A stretch of 28,821 nt of DNA from a virus (taxonomy: Duplodnaviria; Caudoviricetes), in IMG/VR virus record IMGVR_UViG_3300040985_001430, positions 1-28,821 of that record; one strand, given 5' to 3'. A program made the translations under genes and the position numbers. Shown here piece by piece: positions 24,054 to 28,821 of the stretch; positions within the stretch are counted from its first letter, which is position 1, and every line of letters starts with the position of its first letter. Under the pieces are notes generated by a model. It ran no database searches. It saw only the letters and a program-made list of their open reading frames with translations, and had not been told where the DNA came from.

Positions 24054-24573
24054 AGATTTAAGTAAATTAGATAAGGACTTCGGCTTTAAGGTTATATTAT
24101 TCCTACTTGATAATAGAATTAAGGAACTTTGAGTGTTTGTTACAGAAGCTTACAGGTCTCAGGAGCGTCAGGATTGGCTGTATGCATCTTGAAGGACTAG
24201 AAGTTGACCAATACTCACATGGACACTAGAATCGAACCACACGAAAGGTTTAGCAGTAGATATTGCATTCGATTGAGCTGAGTTATATCCTAAGGATCCT
24301 AATGTTTGGAATGAGGTATATGATATAGCTTTGTTCTTTTGAATTAAAAGCTTATACAAGACATATTGAGTGGATCGCCCTCATATCGAAAACATAAGGA
24401 ATAGACCGCCACAAACTTACATAAATTACCAAAAAAATATGAAAGAAATCTCTAAAGCACAAATTGAAGCAATGATAGCATTAAATTCTTCTAGCTGGCA
24501 TTTGACTGATGATCTTGATTTACAAGATCAATTAAAAAAGATGAATGACTATCTCAGGACTCTAAAAGATTAA
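24040..24573 (+). CDS. Endolysin, peptidase M15 family (L-Ala-D-Glu peptidase-like), 177 aa
   Basis: VTEAYRSQERQDWLYASGRT, SNHTKGLAVDI (SxHxxGxAxD) and DRPHIE. Confidence 0.92.
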
Positions 24574-24646
24574 CTTTTAGTTCAGTAATATAATATTTTG
24601 AAAAATGAAGATTACCTAATAGGCATAGTCTTATTGTTGTGCATAC

Positions 24647-24868
24647 TTATCCTTGCTTATCTGAGTCAGGGGAATCAGTGCACCTACTACACGTAATCTT
24701 TTGATCTCATATAAGGATGTATCACTTATCTTTGCATGATCTACATTTGAATGTTCAGAAGATCCTGTCATGTCAGCTTTGGTATTCTTCTGTTGCCGGT
24801 CTTCATAAATGACTAAATGATATTCAGTCTCAGTTTACGAATTTATTAAGTCTTTGGTTTGCTCACAT
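24647..24868 (-). CDS. Small zinc-binding protein, 73 aa
   Basis: EEYQSGHDRIFG..CRSCKDKGY...TCSRC. Confidence 0.6.
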
Positions 24869-24957
24869 ATTTATTTAATTAGCTTACACATTACTTGTGT
24901 TATTATTATTATTTCCATTATTATTTAGTTATTATTAATTTCTTACACACTTCATAG

Positions 24958-25152
24958 TTATTTGTTAACTGCTTCTTTCCATGTATTAAATGGTACTTCT
25001 CATACATCACTCCATTTTATCTCATCTGTTAAAGTGTAAGAATGATACTTTGCTAGCTTGTCTCCATAAGCATAACATCATCAAGCTATACTATCCCCTC
25101 TTACTTCTTTTTCATCTCTTCAGCATCTTATGCAGTGTCTATCTGGTTTCAT
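24958..25152 (-). CDS. Hypothetical protein, 64 aa
   Basis: MKPDRHCIRCGRDEKEVRG... Confidence 0.6.
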
Positions 25153-25166
25153 AGTGTTTATTTAGT

Positions 25167-25319
25167 TTATTCTGATCATCTGCTTTGTAACCACATAGTT
25201 CGCTTAGCTTTTACTCTACTGCATTGTATCGAGCAGTAAAGTCTAGGTAGTTGAACTTGAATATAAGAGAATCTCTTATCGCAAGTCTTACAGTTTGTTG
25301 TTTTCTTTTCTTTTGCCAT
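25167..25319 (-). CDS. Small zinc-finger protein, 50 aa
   Basis: TNCKTCDKRFSY...PRLYCSIQC. Confidence 0.65.
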
Positions 25320-25323
25320 TAGT

Positions 25324-25914
25324 TTAAAATTTATGCTTTGTTTCTTTCCCGTCTTTATATCTTACATATTTGGCTATATTATTATTGGCAGTTACTACAA
25401 ATCATTCTACTTTCCTTTTAACTCTCTCTGTATATTGTTCATACATTTCATCTAGGTTGCTTACTGACACATCTCAGCCCTTTGTTACTAAAGGTACAAC
25501 TCATATGCATTCTGGAATAGCTGAATCAATAAATGGATATATCAATAAATGTCTCCAATAGTTTAGATTCCTTATATTAAACTCTTCATCTATGTTAGCT
25601 TTAGCAAAGATATAGAACTTCTTGTCTAGAGTGTCTCAATACTTAATATTGCTTCACATTCACATCCATTCTCAAAATACTCAACTTCATTCGTGCATTA
25701 CTAGTGAGGCTTTATTCTCATTAAGCCATCCTAATAGTCATTTATAAAAGCTTTCTCACTCTGGCTCATCTAAATAGAATAGATTATTCCTTTGTGCAAT
25801 TAAGAATCTTCATCCAAGTATAAATATTCATAGATTACTTCAATCAAGCTTCTCTGTGACAAGAGTCTCATCTGTTCATATTCTACCTGTTTTTGGGTAT
25901 AGTGTTTTTTTCAT
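25324..25914 (-). CDS. RNA ligase family nucleotidyltransferase (adenylation domain), 196 aa
   Basis: LYPKT, motif I VTEKLDGSN, IAQRN, VFGEWMG, VVPLV, motif IV VEGFVV and motif V AKYVR. Confidence 0.87.
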
Positions 25915-25927
25915 AGTTATTTATTGG

Positions 25928-26293
25928 TTAATATTGTGATGGTAGTTTATATTCTTTTCTCATCTTTCAATTCTCATCTATATTCTCTGGAGCTATCTTT
26001 ACATATCTAAATTTCTTATCAGGATAGGCCATTTGTAAGCATTCCAGCATGAATGTAATTACTTTAGGCGGCTCATCATTTAGATTAAACTTTGAATTCA
26101 AGTAATCTTCAATCCTTTGTATCTCCTGATTAAATACCCTTTTCCTTTCAAGTTCAAATCTCCAGCCATGCAATGATCGTGCTATACTTTCTTTATGCAC
26201 CTCTCTTATTTCAAGGAATGTATTATGATAATTCCAAGCATCATTGATCAATCTCTGCAAAGAGTAATGACTTTTCTTTTTCTTTTTAGCCAT
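25928..26293 (-). CDS. Hypothetical protein, 121 aa
   Basis: True start is probably MAKKKKKSHY (26293) rather than the track GTG. Extends through TGA to TAA 25928. Confidence 0.65.
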
Positions 26294-26426
26294 TATTCTT
26301 TTTATTAAAGGGGTTTTTCTTTTGTCTATTAGCTTTGTAGCAATCCATGCAGCAGAATTTGCGAGGCTGATAGTATTGTCGATATGAGAATGTTTTGTCA
26401 CACTGTTCGCAATTTGTTTGCTTCAT
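26286..26426 (-). CDS. Small zinc-finger protein, 46 aa
   Basis: TNCEQCDKTFSY...PRKFCCMDC, similar to 25167-25319. Confidence 0.65.
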   Translation of the reverse strand: MKQTNCEQCDKTFSYRQYYQPRKFCCMDCYKANRQKKNPFNKKNNG

Positions 26427-26448
26427 ATTTGTTTTGGTTATTATCTAT

Positions 26449-26697
26449 TTATTTTAATTGTTCTTCTAACTCTTCCCAATGGGCCGTCCAGAAGTCTTCT
26501 CAGTCTATAAAAGTTCAATCGTTATCCCTATACCATTCTTGCATATGCTTAGTTATAGGATGTAACTTTTCTTCTATATACTCAATTGATTTCTTTTCAT
26601 ATAGTTCATTTACGCAGTCTAGGCATACGATTTTGCTTCATTTAAACACATAGGAGCAATGTATGCAATTCTCTCATTGGACTTCTAGTCTGTTCAT
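26449..26697 (-). CDS. Hypothetical zinc-binding protein, 82 aa
   Basis: CIHC...VCLDC followed by an acidic helical region. Confidence 0.6.
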
Positions 26698-26763
26698 AAT
26701 ATTTTTGTTATAGTTTTGTTATAGTCAATACGTGATCAATATATGATCAATTGATCATGTTAT

Positions 26764-27084
26764 TTAGTTTATTTTGTTATTTATTATTCTTAAAGCCTGT
26801 TCTAAGTGTCAGCTTATATCTCAGCATGATTTTATGTGATAATCTAGATCTTCTTCCCTCTTAAATCATAGCTTCTTCATAGATTTATCTTCACACTTAT
26901 CGCATAGAGTCCATTCTCATGAAGGTTTTCAGCACTTTATGCAGCATTCTTCTATATTCTCTTCACGCTTCTCTATTTCTTCTCTTAGGTATTCAAAATA
27001 TGTTAGTGTTTCGTCTATGTTGTCTCATTTGCAATAAATGTGATAGTTTTCCATACTTGCCTGTAGTTTTTGGAGTTTGTTCAT
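26764..27084 (-). CDS. Hypothetical zinc-binding protein, 106 aa
   Basis: MNKLQKLQASMENYHIY...CIKCGKPSGEWTLCDKC. Confidence 0.65.
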
Positions 27085-27090
27085 AATAGT

Positions 27091-27363
27091 TTACTTAGTA
27101 AATTTAATTCATTTTCTGTGGTAATCTCAATTCCTTGGAGATTCTAATGCTCATAAATCTTTAATTATGTGTTCATTGTAATGATCTATCTTCTCTCTTA
27201 GGCACTGTAATCATTCTTTGGCATGTAGGCGAGCTGTTTCTATGTCTCCCTCGTCTATGTTGTCTAGGATCATTTGAAGACGTCCTAAGAGGGCGTTAAA
27301 TGAATTTCAACAAATATCTGTAATCTTGTGTTCTAGTGATAAGTCTTTGTGTTTATATTCCAT
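27091..27363 (-). CDS. Hypothetical protein, 90 aa
   Basis: MEYKHKDLSLEHKITDICGNSFNALLGRLQMILDNIDE... Confidence 0.65.
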
Positions 27364-27378
27364 AGTTTTTTATTTAGT

Positions 27379-27555
27379 TTATACATCGTTAGCTCTTGCC
27401 CTCATCTCATCCATAACCCCTTGAAGCTTTGCAGCCTTAGCTCTTTCTCAATCTTTGAGATGCTTGTCTAAGATAGCTTGAAGCTCTCTCATGGTTTCTT
27501 CGTTTTGGATTTCTAGCAGTTGATAATCAGCTGCTATAATTAGTCTGTCTGTCAT
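27379..27555 (-). CDS. Hypothetical helical protein, 58 aa
   Basis: MTDRLIIAADYQLLEIQNEETMRELQ... Confidence 0.6.
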
Positions 27556-27557
27556 AA

Positions 27558-27761
27558 TTATTTGTTATTAGGATTTTTTATAAGGCTTTGCAATGCTCCC
27601 TTACAGTTATCACAACATGATAGATTATCATTATTAACTGTTGTTACAGGGTTTCTAATATCTCCCCACTGATTAGATAGATCGTCACATATAAAACACA
27701 TTATTCAGAACTTTTCTCAATAGACTGTTGTATCCCCTTTTGATGTTATTAGTTTTGCCAT
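27558..27761 (-). CDS. Hypothetical zinc-binding protein, 67 aa
   Basis: CFICD...CCDNC. Confidence 0.6.
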
Positions 27762-27764
27762 AAT

Positions 27765-27941
27765 TTATTTAGTTAAATCAGTTATATATTTCCCTGTAAG
27801 AAGAGCTAGGCAAGCTACTGGTCAGTATTCTGAGTGTCATAGTATATCACATATTCATCTGGTAGCTGTTCATATTATTAGTATTATTGCAAGGTCTGTT
27901 AGCAGTGCATCTGGGTTTATTGATATAGGTTCTTTTTCCAT
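27765..27941 (-). CDS. Small hydrophobic hypothetical protein, 58 aa
   Basis: DALLTDLAIILIIGTA...GPVACLALLTG. Confidence 0.5.
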
Positions 27942-28106
27942 TTAGTTATTTAATTTAAGTGATCTAAGCACATTCTTTATAATGCTTTTTAAAACAGACT
28001 TCTGAGGATCTTTGATGTTTAGTTCTATGAAATTATATAGTTCTTGTTCTAGTTCTAGTTGTCTTTCTTTAGATACGTTTGTTAGTCATCATGTTGCTGG
28101 TGTCAT
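27942..28106 (-). CDS. Hypothetical protein, 54 aa
   Basis: MTPATGGLTNVSKERQLELEQELYNFI... Confidence 0.55.
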
Positions 28107-28111
28107 AGTTT

Positions 28112-28474
28112 TTATTTAGTTAAATGTTTAATATAGCTATCTAGGAGAAAACATTTTTTTCAATCACTAATGCTTTTAATGTTCTTATTTCTATATAGAA
28201 TTTTTTTAACTTTTTTAATGTTCGCTGAGTCTTCAAGTGTGTCTAGGTATATAAAATAAATATTGTACCCCTGTTTATCAAAGCCTTCTATTATTTTTGG
28301 CACAATTTTCTCTACTTGTTTTAAGCTAGGTTTTTTAATATACTCAATAGTTAAACTTTTTATTTCTCAATATGCTTTGCTTCAGGAGTCGCTCATATCT
28401 GCTCAGTTCATAAATCCATTTACGCTTATATCTCATCAGATGATTATAAAATTAGCCTTAAAATATTCTTCCAT
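28112..28474 (-). CDS. Hypothetical protein, 120 aa
   Basis: MEEYFKANFIIIGGDISVNGFMNGADMSDSGSKAYGEIK..., open only under TGA read-through. Confidence 0.6.
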
Positions 28475-28480
28475 AATTTA

Positions 28481-28627
28481 TTAGTTAATTTCTTTAAAAA
28501 CAGTTTTAGTACAATAGATACATGCCTTCTTATAGCGTGTAAACTTTCAAGGTGTCTTCATGCTTCAATAAATCCATATATGAGAACATGTCAATTGTTG
28601 CCAGAATCTTCTTAGCTTGTTTATCAT
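28481..28627 (-). CDS. Small Cys/His zinc-binding protein, 48 aa
   Basis: LTCSHIW...CIYCTK, TAATG-coupled to the upstream ORF. Confidence 0.55.
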
Positions 28628-28760
28628 TAGTAGCAGTTAGTTTTATAGTCGTAAATCTCTTCTTTCGACATTAAGCATTTATTAGTTATATAACAGTAAT
28701 ATAGTTTTTTACATTTTGGAGTCATATCTTCTACATACTCCATAGAATACCATATTAGAA
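28627..28760 (-). CDS. Hypothetical protein, probably 5'-truncated at the contig end
   Basis: Frame open from the adapter junction: ...MEYVEDMTPKCKKLYYCYITNKCLMSKEEIYDYKTNCY*. Confidence 0.4.
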
Positions 28761-28821
28761 CTGTCTCTTATACACATCTCCGAGCCCACGAGACGGACTC
28801 CTATCTCGTATGCCGTCTTCT
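28761..28821 (+). other. Illumina Nextera adapter read-through (technical artefact)
   Basis: CTGTCTCTTATACACATCT (Tn5 mosaic end) + CCGAGCCCACGAGAC + 8-nt index GGACTCCT + ATCTCGTATGCCGTCTTCT (P7). Confidence 0.99.

Noticed and set aside
26294-26401. N-terminal extension of track ORF 25967..26401
   Set aside because: This stretch is better explained by the zinc-finger ORF 26286-26426 in another frame. The downstream gene likely starts at ATG 26293.
28761-28779. Tn5/IS50 transposon end
   Set aside because: It is followed directly by the Nextera primer, index and P7 sequence, so it is a library adapter.

Overview
The window is a large, incomplete piece of an AT-rich, short-tailed (P22-like gene order) dsDNA phage genome that reads TGA as glycine (translation table 25, the code of Gracilibacteria and Absconditabacteria/SR1). 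The supplied standard-code ORF track is therefore mostly fragments and antisense shadows. With TGA=Gly, almost the whole window is tiled by genes, which I translated by hand. A leftward replication-type NTPase gene (<1-836) is followed by a divergent control region with an origin-like segment. A rightward arm (1420-24573) encodes terminase small and large subunits, portal, scaffold, major capsid, adaptor, nozzle, two probable ejection proteins, a tail fibre, a LamG adhesin, holin-like membrane proteins, an M15 endolysin and three free-standing HNH endonucleases. A leftward arm (24647-28760) holds many small, often zinc-binding ORFs and an RNA ligase. The last 61 nt are an untrimmed Illumina Nextera adapter. 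No tRNA, integrase, reverse transcriptase or CRISPR array was seen. Product calls rest on motifs and gene order only; no database search was run.
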